Shown: positions 27,420 through 38,740 of the stretch, piece by piece
Layout: each line of letters opens with the position of its first letter
How positions within the stretch are numbered: position 1 is the first letter of the stretch
NCBI RefSeq assembly: GCF_002105155.1
Contig: NW_019028998.1
Location: 248,001 to 312,000, forward strand
Length of the DNA: 64,000 bases
Reading direction: 5' to 3'
From: Lobosporangium transversale
Lineage: Eukaryota
Position numbers and translations under genes: made by a program
The notes under the pieces: model-generated
Databases searched by the model: none
What the model saw: the letters and a program-made list of their open reading frames with translations, nothing else
What the model was told of the DNA's origin: nothing

Positions 27420-27510
27420 GCAATCAAGCAAGTAAAGCAAAGCAAGTAAAGCAAAGCAAGGCAAAGCAAAGCAAGGCAAAGCAAAGCAAGGCAAAGCAAA
27501 GCAAAGCAAG
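27420..27510. repeat. (GCAAA/GCAAG)n pentamer tandem array with about 15-bp higher-order period
   Basis: gcaaagcaaggcaaa units repeated directly. Confidence 0.9.
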
Positions 27511-27916
27511 TCTTTTTCTTTTTTCTTATTTCATCTTTGGACAACATGAGATCATCAAGGGCAGAGAGAGAGAGAGAGCAAGGCACGAGAGAGAGCAAAA
27601 AGAGCATTGAATGAATGTATTCTATGCTGTGCCCAACAAATAAGTATATAACGTATATAACTTTTATTTTTATTTTTATTTTTATTTTTATTTTTATTTT
27701 TTATTTTTCTTTCTCTTTTCTTCTTTTTCCTTTGGACTTTTACTTTTTCTTTCTTTCTCTCTTTTCTCTTCCTTTTAATTTCTGTATACATCCTGAATAT
27801 TCTCATTCTCTTCATCCTGTGCATCTCCATTCGAAAACCTTTGCAAAGTAAAAACCTATACGATATTCCAATTCCTTCAACCAATCAAATAAACATTTTG
27901 ATACAAACACAGAAAA

Positions 27917-27948
<32 letters not shown>

Positions 27949-27959
27949 CCTTTTCTTTT

Positions 27960-28025
27960 ATTTCTTTTCCTTTTTCCCTCTTTCCCTTTCCCTTTCCCTC
28001 TTTCCCTTTCCCTTTCCCTTTCCTT
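27960..28025. repeat. (TTTCCC)n pyrimidine hexamer tract just upstream of the DMA1 start
   Basis: tttccctttccctttccc... seen directly. Confidence 0.85.
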
Positions 28026-28088
28026 TTTTTATAATCTCTTGCAAAACTGCCTTTTCTCATTCCCTTTGCACTCTCATTGTCCCACAGC

Positions 28089-29729
28089 ATGAGCATTTCT
28101 CCTACCAATAGTACCCATGCACACCAGGCCATCGCTTCGACTTCCGCCTCTGCCACCGGAACTGCTGTCTCCACAACAACCACAGCAACAACTGTTCCCC
28201 ACATCCGAATTGTCCCCCACTTGGACGCTCCACGGTCACTCCACTTTGATGTTGTAGACAAGGATGTGCCCGAAGGCTTTGTCCTCAAAATCGGCCGCTT
28301 CACCGACAAACAATCTTTGCCCAACAGAGTCACCTTCAAGTCCAAAGTCGTTTCGCGTGGCCATGCAGAAATCTTTACAGAGAATGGAAAGGTAATTGGA
28401 ACAACAAGTTTAATTAACAAGATATTAATGCATAAAAAGGCCTGGTTTGCCTCTCTGACCAAGTGCAGTATAGGCTTATCCAGTATGGGGATGATCATAC
28501 CTAATCTTACTTGTAAAAATAATGAGCCTGCTTATTACTTTTTTTTTTTTTTTTTTTTTTTTTATTTTCTTATTTTCTTTTTCCAATGTGGACCAAAGGA
28601 GGCGGGGTTTTCTTTCCTTTTGTCATTGTTGGGCAGTCTTTGGTTTTGGTTGGTGCCTTTTTTTTTATTTTTTTTTTTATGCTTTTTATGCTTTGATTGA
28701 ATTTGGGTGCACCATGGGTCCGGGCTCGATTTGATTGCAATCATTATGCACATGACCGCATTTATCAGACAGTCATGGATAAGAAACAATAACAGGGAAC
28801 TCTTTCATATACCAACAAAGATGGTAAGAATGGGTAAACCGACAGCCAGTAAAGCAAATAGGAAATAACAACCCTGTTCAGCATCTTTCTCCAATTTTAT
28901 TTTATTTTATTTTATTTTATTTTTTATTTTTTATTTTTTTTATCACTGGACGGGAGAAGTGACTGAGTGAAGAGTTTTTACTTTTTATTTTTTTTATTTT
29001 TTTTTCCAAGTGTTTATACATTGTGGGGAAGAAATAGGGCTTTCCTCTTTTTGTTCATGCGATGGCAGAGTACACAGAAAAAGCTTAATTTGGCTTTTCC
29101 TCGTTCAGAAAGGGTCATGAGAGCATTAAAAAATTCTGGGCGTCTGGCATTGTAAAGCTGTGTATTTCTTCCCTCTCTCCTTGTCTTGTCCTCGGTTCGT
29201 CTTGGTCATAGCTCACCGAATTCACAGGGGGCCAAAACACAAGGCCTACAGGGTATTGCCAATCAGGGGAACCTGATTGTGTTCGTCCTCCTTGGTTTGA
29301 CTTGGTCTGGTTTGGTTTGGTTTGATTTGATTTGTATTCTTGTGTTTGTGAACCCAAGGAAGTATCTGGGAACTGAGTGAACAGAGCGTCTTTTTTTTTT
29401 TTTCTTTTTTTTGTTAAAATGTACGGAATGGCAATTTGGAAAAAAATAGTGCATTTTTTTTTTCCCTCCCTTGCATGACATCCTCAACTATTGGTAAAAC
29501 TCAAGCATAAACACGATGGCTAATAATGAATACAAACATTTATTCAAATTATTAGTTTTTCATCAGAGATACCAAATCATCCTCTGGTACTTTCCTCAAT
29601 CATGCTCGATTATCGCCTCCAGGAGTCGAATCAAAGCCTACACTGCTCAAGGATGGTGATGTTATCCAGCTTGGAGTGGATTATCAGGGAGGCACACAAG
29701 GTATGGTCACACAAACCCGCCTTTTTTAA

Positions 29730-29763
<34 letters not shown>

Positions 29764-32057
29764 AGCTATAATCAAGCATTCAAAAAAGAATGCTTCAACG
29801 AGTGTCTCCTCAGCAAGGATATGGAAATTCCTCGACAATGTGGACTTTTTTATTATTATTATTATTATTTTTTTTTTTATTTTTTACTTTCCAATACGGA
29901 ATATTATACCGAGCGTGGAAGGCCATTCAGAGTTGCATAGTTGCATGGTTGAGGAGAAAAATTCAACGGGAGTACAAATAATAACTTTAAGGGTCACAAG
30001 ACAAAGCATATTTATTACCACGCACTGTGCAGCATCGATGAGCACATTGAATACGAAATATTTGAGTGCAGGAGTCAACACGAGGCCATTGCACGAGGGC
30101 TAGTTGCGCGTGTTTACAGGATAGTGTTGGTGGCTAGACTGGATAATTGCTTTTTTTTTTTTTTTTTTTTTTTTTTGCGTCTGCCTTTACATCCATGAGC
30201 GAAATTCAAGTTGCTTTGCAGTCATCGTCGCTCTATTTTATTTATTTTTTTATTGCTCATTTATGAGTTGACGTTCTTTATTATGGATTTTTTTTATTAT
30301 TTTTTTTTATTAGAAATCTATCGATGCGTCAAGATGAGGCTCGAACTGAATCGGTCATGGCAGCAGCAAGCCAATCCTTTCAGGTAAATACCAAGAGCAA
30401 AAGAAAAGGGGCGATCAAAACGAAAATGACTTCATCTTGCATATGAACTGGCAGACTCATTTTCTAAGTTTGCTTGGGTCATGGGTTGGGTGGTGCAATC
30501 GTATCTCCTTTTTTATTTTTGAGTGCACATGGCCTTTTCCTAAACACATCATGAGTCAGCCATCTAACATGCTCTGCCTCCAAACTCTGAACTCGATAGA
30601 GAGAATACCCTAAAGGCTATTAGAACCTTAACAACAGCTAAAGCCGAGAGTTCAACAGATTGCTGCATTTGCCTCTTCCGTATCGCATCTTTCCAAGCAC
30701 TCTTTGTTGCCCCTTGCTCCCATGTCTACCATTATAAATGCATTCGACCTATGCTTATCTCCAACCATCCAGGATTTCTTTGTCCACTCTGTCGAACTTT
30801 TGCTGACCTGGATGATGCGGTCGAAATTGATGATCCGATTGAAGAAGAAGCCTCGGCACTAGGTAAGTCTCTAGCAGCAAGAGATGTAGGACTTGTTATC
30901 ATAAGGCAATGGTTGTTTCTGAATCTGGCTGCCTGCCTGTAAAAAAAAAAAAAATAAAAAAAAAAAAAAAAATAAAACTGACTAGACTTATTCTTATAAT
31001 ATTAGTGGCCACGGATACTCCTGACATTGAGAATGGAGTGCAAGCGCACGATTCTATAGAACGTATTAATGAGGCGGAATCTGTGACGGCAGCACAGCAG
31101 GCTAATGAATCACAGCCAACACCAACAGAAGAGGCATCCGTATCTACACCGCCTTCTGTCCAAGCACATACATTCCAGCCTCCTCAGGACATCAATACCA
31201 TGCAGGTAGATACACCAGGAATAGCGGAAGACGTTGGTGTCGTACAGCCCTCTACTACTCCTCCATCACCTCAACAACAACAACAACAACAGCAGCAGCA
31301 GCAGCAGCAAGACTCGGCTTCTGCCTCTGCAACAGTAGCGCCTATGGACATTGCAGTTTCAGGATCATTATCATCCTCAGCTCAGGCAGCATCGATGGAC
31401 TCTATCACCCAACAATCACCATCAGCTGCTTTTCTGTTGGCCCCATCACCACCCATGTTCGTTTCGAACTTTGGTGTGACCCCGATTCCTTTTGCAGCAA
31501 CTTCATCATCATCCACACCAGCGTCTAGTAGTCCTAGACAGCCGTCGCCTTCAACTCAACATCATATCCACCATGTGCCATCAAGTCCTACGAGTACGAG
31601 TATGAGCCACATGTTCCAAAACCTTGTCCGTAACATCACAATTCCACACCGCAACCGCAGCAGGACCAACTCTAATTCAGCATTATCGCCTCTCCCCCCT
31701 ACACATTCTGCAGGTGGCCTCCGTAGTACAGGTAGCCCCGTAGCAGCATCTCCAAGTAGGGTGCAGGGTACTGGTACGGAAGTGTTTGGTAAAACCCTTG
31801 TAATGACACCGCCACAGATCCCGCCAATGCAATTAGGTGCCAGAAATGCAACAAGTCATTCTGGAGTATCTGAGCTGGGTGTTGTCTCGGAAATGGATGA
31901 CGAGCCCCGTTCTAGCAACATCGCGAGCGGTAGCGGAAGCAACAGTAGTCGGAGCAGCATCCAGAGTCATGAAAGTGAAGGGGCATTACGTCGCGGCGAA
32001 TCTGATAATCTAGCATTACAGCATTCACAGACCATCACTGCTGATGCGTCAGTGTAA
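28089..32057 (+). CDS. DMA1: FHA-RING E3 ubiquitin ligase Dma1/Dma2; exons 28089-28391, 29556-29700, 30314-30383, 30600-30862, 31006-32057
   Basis: IRIVPHLD...KIGRFTD...FKSKVVSRGHAEI|FFIRDTKSSSGTFLN...DGDVIQLGVDYQGG|EIYRCVKMRLELN (FHA); DCCICL...QALFVAPCSHVYHYKCIRP...CPLCRTFADL (RING-H2). Confidence 0.95.
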
Positions 32058-32059
32058 AC

Positions 32060-32090
<31 letters not shown>

Positions 32091-32202
32091 CATATAACAA
32101 AACAACACTTGTAATAGTAAGCGTACAATAAGACAAAATAAAAAAGCGAATATTTGTTCATTCTTGTGTTGTTCTTTATTGTGAAATAGGATGTAGTGCA
32201 TA

Positions 32203-32933
32203 TTATGATGACGATCTCGTGGTGCCATGTCTTCTTTTTGCTGAGGACAGATGGGGTAGTGAAGTATTATTCTGATCGGTTGATTTTGGGGCGAGGCTTT
32301 TTTCGTCCATGGTATCGACGGAAGCAGATGGATTCGAAGACGGGCTATTGATGCTAAATAAAGTAACGCATCCAATGACGACAATTGCAGAGATGAACTT
32401 CCACTCGTTAAAGCACTGGGTATCTGAGACTCCACAAAATAAATAGTGGCTCATCACAAAGACCAAGACAGCTCTGAGACTCTGCATGATTCCAACAGCA
32501 ATGTTGTTGATTCTGGCGATGAGCACGTAGTAATTGAGTGAGTGGACCATGGAGGAGAGAGCGACGATTGGATAGACTATAATGATCCCGATCCAAGATC
32601 CATGACGGGTTTCGACAATGTCGACAACTTCTGTTTGCCAGTTAGGGATCGTGTAGACGCACAGATAAATAAATGTCAGGAACGAGGCATAACTACCGAC
32701 CAAGGTGCAGACTTTCTCTGGAATTGGTTTGGGCTTGAAAGTTGAGAGAATTTTATCCGAGAGCACATAGACACATGCAGACAAGAAGGTTGCACCAAGT
32801 GTGATCAATGCACCAAATGATTTTTCGAACCCTGTTGTTGGATGGAAAAAAAAAAAAAAAATGGAAAGAGTTGGAATGGTTTTAGTTAAACGTGAATAGG
32901 ATGTGAAGGCAAGCAAGCATGTACAGATAAAAC

Positions 32934-32969
<36 letters not shown>

Positions 32970-33254
32970 AAGAGAGGTAGGTGACTTACAACTCTGAACA
33001 GGACCATCAGGTGATACATCTTGAACAGTACCCACAGCACTGATGGCCAGTCCAAAAGTAACGCCCACAATTGCCAACCATTGGATGTTGTTAAGTTTTC
33101 TACTTAAAAAGATTCGCGTCAAGATCGCACACCAAATCACAATGGAACTATAAATGATTTGGTACATCTTGATGACAGACACAAAAACAAAAGATAATAA
33201 TAATAATAATAAAAAATACACAGGTTATGATTACATATTCATTCGTTTGTAAGG

Positions 33255-33290
<36 letters not shown>

Positions 33291-33934
33291 AATAAACTTA
33301 CCCCGCTTCCAACGTAGAAAAAGCCAACTGTCACCAGACCATGGGCGATCACATCCATTACCGCGACTTGGATCACGGACCAATGTAGTCGAGTCCAAGA
33401 TTTGTTCTGGATTTTCGATTCAGTAGCAGCAGCAGCAGCACCGGAGGAAGTAAATTCCGAAAGGGAAGATTGATTTTTCTTTTTCTTTTGTTTCTTTTGT
33501 TTCTTTTGTGAACCTGTTGCATGAAGTCGTTGCTTCTCTTCGTCCGTACTATCAAGCTTTTCATCATCTTCATCTTCATCCTCACCCTCATCTTCTTCAT
33601 CGCTATAGTCATTCAGCGATTCGATTTGAAGTGTTGCTGATTCATTAGATATCTCAAAACCATCAGTCTTATTCATCTTCTGGTCATGGTCAGTGATATA
33701 ATGGTTAGCTTTTTTGTTGATGGGTTCAATGTGCTCCTTCAGTCCAGAGTGATCGGCAAACTTTGATGCAAAAAAAAAAAAAGCGTTGGACGACCAATAG
33801 AAAGTTGACAAAATGTAACAAACAACAAATAGAGTTAGCAAAAAAAATAAAAATAAAAAAAAATAAAAAAAAGGGCGATCCCAAATATCCAGGGACATAA
33901 AACATAAAACAGGAATCAAAAGAAGCATTCGGTC

Positions 33935-33967
<33 letters not shown>

Positions 33968-34965
33968 AAAAGAAAAAGAAAACAACATACAGCTTGTGAT
34001 TCTGTCATCTCGTGTAGATCGGCGGTCAAAACATCATACTCAACATTTGTGTTGCCACCAGCGAGTTTACGCTGCTTCCTATCTGCATACCAAGCTTGAA
34101 GATAATAGACCAATCCAACACTCATCATACCAAAATAGTTGAAGAAGACATTCAACATGGACGAACCAGCTATTCAAAAAAAAAAAAAAAAAAAAAAATT
34201 ATCAGAAAAACCTTTTTTTTTGGAATTCAATTATCCAAAACAGCACTGAAAGCGACTTTTTTAAATTAATAATAATAAATTAATTAATAGACAAATAAAT
34301 AAAGGAAACATACAGGCTGCTCCCTGATAGTTTAACCATTGAACAGCAATCGTTGAAACGATGCCCGTGATAACAAAGGAGATCTGGTGAAGAATGGTGC
34401 TCCATTTTGAATAAGGAGCTTTTTCATGGTGTTGGTGTTGATGTTGATATTGGTGCAATTCTCGACCATCTTCAGTCAAAACAGCAGGATTAACAGAAAT
34501 ACCGTGCGGTTCAATCGAAGCCCTTGTTAACGCTGTGATAGCAAGTTGGTCCACTAAATCAGATGCTGTAGACTCTGTGGACAATGATCTTGTGTTGCTT
34601 AGAGCGGTGGTTTTGGTTGCAGACATTGCCGTTGTTGTTGTTGTTGTTGTTACTGCTATCGTTGCTGTTGTTGCTGTTGTCGTGGTTATGGTTGTGATGG
34701 ATGGAAAATGATTTTGCTCTATTGTTATTTCACTAATAGGATGCTGATGGCTGTGTATTCTATTATTATTACTACTATGTAACTCTAAACTAGTGTTTCT
34801 ACTTCTATGTTCTATAGAGAATTGGCTGTCTGAGTGATTGTAATGATGTTTTCGCTTTGCCATTGGGGTAGAATAGGGCTCAAGTTCTGTTTCATTATCA
34901 GAGTTCTCGCGACTTCCTTGGCGTGAAGTCGAGTTGGAACCACCTCGAATCGCACGTCTGGACAT
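32203..34965 (-). CDS. DMT-superfamily transporter (SLC35/nucleotide-sugar-transporter-like), multi-exon
   Basis: Multiple TM segments: MDVIAHGLVTVGFFYVGSG|MYQIIYSSIVIWCAILTRIFLSRKLNNIQWLAIVGVTFGL and VGIMQSLRAVLVFVMSH. Confidence 0.8.
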
Positions 34966-35507
34966 GATAGGGTACTAAGGAAGTGAAGGACGTTTACAAA
35001 TTGATAGTGAAGGTAATAAAGAGGGAGAAAGCGGAGGGAGAGGAGAAGAAGAGAAGGAAGGAGAAAGTTGAAGGAAAAAGAAAAAGAGAGAAAGAGCAGT
35101 TGGTCAAGGTAGGAAAGGAACGAAGAGATGATGCAATGGATGGATGGAATGAATGCAATTCAATGCAAAACAATGAAGAGAGGAGGGCAAGCTAGACCCT
35201 TAACCAAGGAGTCAAGATGTTGCTTTGCCTGACAAAAATACAGACATGTACAATTTTTGTCATCTGTTGAGCCTTTGAACCAGCAGCAAAAGAATGTATT
35301 TTAACGCACGTGGCAAAGCCAGAATAGATACTGCACTACACAGCATTTTTAGCATGATATTACACATCTCTTTATACTTTCACCCGCTAGTAAGCGACCG
35401 ATCAATTAGTGTTTGCAATGTGCTGTATTATATTCAATGTTCATGTTCATAATCGCAAGGTGATATATATAAAAAAAGTTCTAATCTAAAGCACCCAAAC
35501 TTAATGT

Positions 35508-35887
35508 TCAAGCCTTCTCCTTCTCATTCCTCACTTCATTCGTGCTCGCAACATTATTGGAGTGTCCTGTTCCAGACAGCGGCAGAGATGTTGTTGTGGA
35601 CTCGTCCATATCTATTACCGTGGACTTGAACAGCACTTCATCATCGTCATCATCATCCGCGCCTGTAGGTAAGGGTCCCGCGGATAGAGAAAGTAATGAT
35701 ATCGGTGCCGTAGATGAAGCGCTTCCAGACCTTGCTGATCCAGAGAAAGGCGGACTGTTCGCTGCAGCTGCCGCCGCATGTAGCCTCATATCCAGCGCCT
35801 TCAATGCCAATGCTCTATAAAAAAAAATTTTTTTTTATACAAATAGCAGTTGATCGCGTTAGAGAAAGAAGTTATTGTAAATCCACC

Positions 35888-35919
<32 letters not shown>

Positions 35920-37186
35920 TATACCTTCGACGCTCAGCTTCTGCGCGAAGACTTCCTGGTTGTGTGAATGTATGTCCCATCCCTGACATTTGAGGATTCT
36001 CCAAGTCATAATGGAAACTTCCTCCGTAACCATTTGATGAACAAATATGAAGCTTGGCTAGAATTCCAAAGCACGCGTCTGAGAGCACCTTAACAGGAGG
36101 TCTGTAGATTAACACGTAAAAAAAAAAAAAAAAAAAAAAAAAAACAAACAAACAAACAAACAAAAAAAAAAAAAAAAAAAAAAAAAAAGCATTAGGATAT
36201 TATGGTTGAACGATTTGAAGAGCAGGTTGATAGGATCCACTCATAGAATGAAACGAGACATACTGCATTATTTCGGGGAAAAATGATGCAAAAGAAAATG
36301 ATTCGCTTCTGTCACCACGAATGCCATCTTGTATTCTGAAGAAACGGCAATATATCCATGCAATAAACAAGCCAAAGGTGGCCATCAATAGCTGCAGATG
36401 ACTACGTGAGATAAACCCTTCCATGACCATAAAGAGTATGAGCAGAATTGGTAGTGTCTAATTCCAATCAATACAAGAGCATATCAATTGATAAATTCAT
36501 TATATATCACGATAATGTTAATATCATACCAAAATTGGTTAATGAAAATGAAAATAATAATAATAATAATAATAATAAAATACCTTCACACGAATAGAAA
36601 GTATACCCCAAAGAGTGACAGCATGTTCTGGAACAAGTTGCTTGAATGCAGTTAAGAATCCCGCCAAAACACCTGTTAATCCATATGCCTGAGTGTCGTA
36701 CCTATTTGGAGACAGTATTCCAGCCATTACCCCGTCATGTGGATGTCAGAGGCTTTCTTTTTCTTTTTCTTTTTCTTTTTCTTTTTGTCTTGGATGCTTT
36801 AGAAATATTGTTCAAATAGTCCAGAAAAGAGGTTCCCTACAGTATTTCATCGCTGCCCTGGATAACAAATTCAAATAGACATGTGAAGTATACTCCAAGC
36901 ATAGTGCCAATGCTTGTAATGCTCAAAAACTTTAGCAGTTCGCGTGAACCCCATGCTCGTTCCAAGTATTTGCCACTTCCAAGTACAATTGCGACGCTTA
37001 TTGCATACTAGAATATTGTAAAAAAAAAAAAAAAAAAAAAGGTACATTAGAATTAATGCGAGTATTAAATAGTATTGGAAACATGCCTCGCATTATAGAG
37101 CAAATATCCTCCACTTGCCTGAATAATGCTTCTTTCAAAAAATGATGCTGTCGCGAAGGTCCAAAACCGATATGGAGCTCTGATGG

Positions 37187-37220
<34 letters not shown>

Positions 37221-37522
37221 CAGGTCAAAATGCTTGTCAACAATCAAAACTTTCATGTAAAGAATGCATGCATAACTGATTGCGTAACTGATTTCACTCA
37301 CGATATTGGCACTAGCGCTACAAGAGGTATAAAAGTCGCTTCCGAGTCAACATAGGTAGATGCTTCTGTCCCCTCTGTAATATGTCCTGAGATTGCGAGG
37401 TCACGAAATCGAAGGGCGAAGTCGAGAGCAGCCATAACTGTCATAGCAGTTGCTAATGTTTTTGTTAATGGAGGCACATTAGAAAATGTGCCACGCCAGT
37501 TGGTTGGGATGGCCGAGGACAT
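35508..37522 (-). CDS. TMEM115: TMEM115/DUF1751 rhomboid-like Golgi membrane protein, multi-exon
   Basis: FWTFATASFFE, GKYLERAWGSRELLKF, AFKQLVPEH, GIRGDRSESFSFASFFPE, EAERRR|ALALKALDMRL. Confidence 0.9.
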
Positions 37523-37859
37523 TGCTATATAAGCACGATAGACCTAAATACTGCTAATGGTCCTTGTAAAATTAAATGTGGATAAAAAGGATAATAGGAT
37601 GAATGTAAATGTGTGTGCAAAAATGAGAGCACATTAAGCGGCAGAAGAAGAGTTCAAGGCAAAGTCACATGATATGGAATAAAGATATAAGGTTTATGTC
37701 GTACAAAGAGAAATGGAACGTAGTCTGGTTTACTTGGTCACGCCACTAAAAATAGTCGTAACAACGTTGTGATTGAGATCAAGGTTGTTGGGATATCCAC
37801 CAATTAATATTTTAAAACGTAATTTTATACTTTGAATCGGACAAAAAATGATACTCACC

Positions 37860-38740
37860 TCAGAACCACATAGCACTTCTTGCTTTTCGTACGCTCTCGA
37901 TCCAGCGCGGTCAGGCCATTGAAATTCTTTACCCATTGAAATTCTTTACCCACTGAAGGGTTGCGTTGACCATGTTCTGGCCAGCACATTACCTAATTAT
38001 TCAGGCTCGAGGTAAACTTTGTGGCCTTGTCGCCCATACCTTTTCTCCCCTTGAAGTCACCATCGCCGATGACAACCACCATCTTTCCCCCTATCCACCT
38101 TGATTTCCCTTGCACGGGCTTCAACATCCCACTTATTGCTCGTCCAATTTCTGCCTCCTCTCCTTGCTTCTTCCTGTACCTTTCGATTTTAGACTCTGAC
38201 GGCCTATAGAATGATCTTAGGTGTTCATCAACGGAGACAACCAAGATTGAATGATCGTAATAGAAATGTTTGAGCCCCTTGAGTTGGCGACTGTTCGGAC
38301 TCCATATGATACTGTATAAACACCTGAACACTACCACATGTCATTGACTACTCTACGTCCCTTAAACAATATTCCTAGCATACATCTGAACTTTTGCAAG
38401 GGATGTGCCAATGTTTTGACAAACATGTAACTTTTAATGGCTACATCGCAGCCCTTGGATTGTGGAAGCGCTGAAAGTATGCGGAAAACGGGAACCATTT
38501 GTGTTTTTACTAGCAACAAGCGTGGTTTCAAAAAAGTTTGCCTCCAAGGAACAAATCCTATATCCCTCATTGCTCAAAAGAGACAATCTTGTCTTTTCTG
38601 CACCCCAAAAGCTCGCCATAATCCTATTGAAGCGTTCAGAGGCATTATTTGCCTCATAGTTTGAGGATTAGCAGACTTTCAGTCAAGTTTTATTGTTTTG
38701 AACAACACAGTAAATCCTGTCCATTGGAAGTTAGTCCCTT
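37860..38740 (-). pseudogene. Fanzor/TnpB-like nuclease relic A (frameshifted, internally deleted)
   Basis: Motifs pieced across frames on the minus strand: LTSNGQDL; DVAIKS..KTLAHPLQKFRCML; MESEQSPTQG; VDEHLRSFY...EEAEIGRAISGML...VVVIGDGDFKGRKG...KFTSSL; then AGQNMVNATLQWVKNF..ALDR. The order follows the C-terminal half of Fanzor proteins. Confidence 0.65.
37915..37952. repeat. 17-bp direct tandem duplication (TTGAAATTCTTTACCCA x2)
   Basis: ccattgaaattctttacccattgaaattctttaccca seen directly. It disrupts the frame of relic A. Confidence 0.9.

Noticed and set aside
27420..27510. Regular repeat array considered as CRISPR-like
   Set aside because: It is a simple pentamer tandem repeat with no unique spacers, in a eukaryotic context.
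26830..28790. Many 60-230 aa ORFs rich in F, K or repeats
   Set aside because: They are translations of poly-A/T tracts and microsatellites, or antisense to DMA1 exon 1.
30120..30150. ctggataat in DMA1 intron 2 resembles part of a TPP riboswitch
   Set aside because: Lacks the CTGAGA and flanking conserved elements, and the gene context is unrelated.
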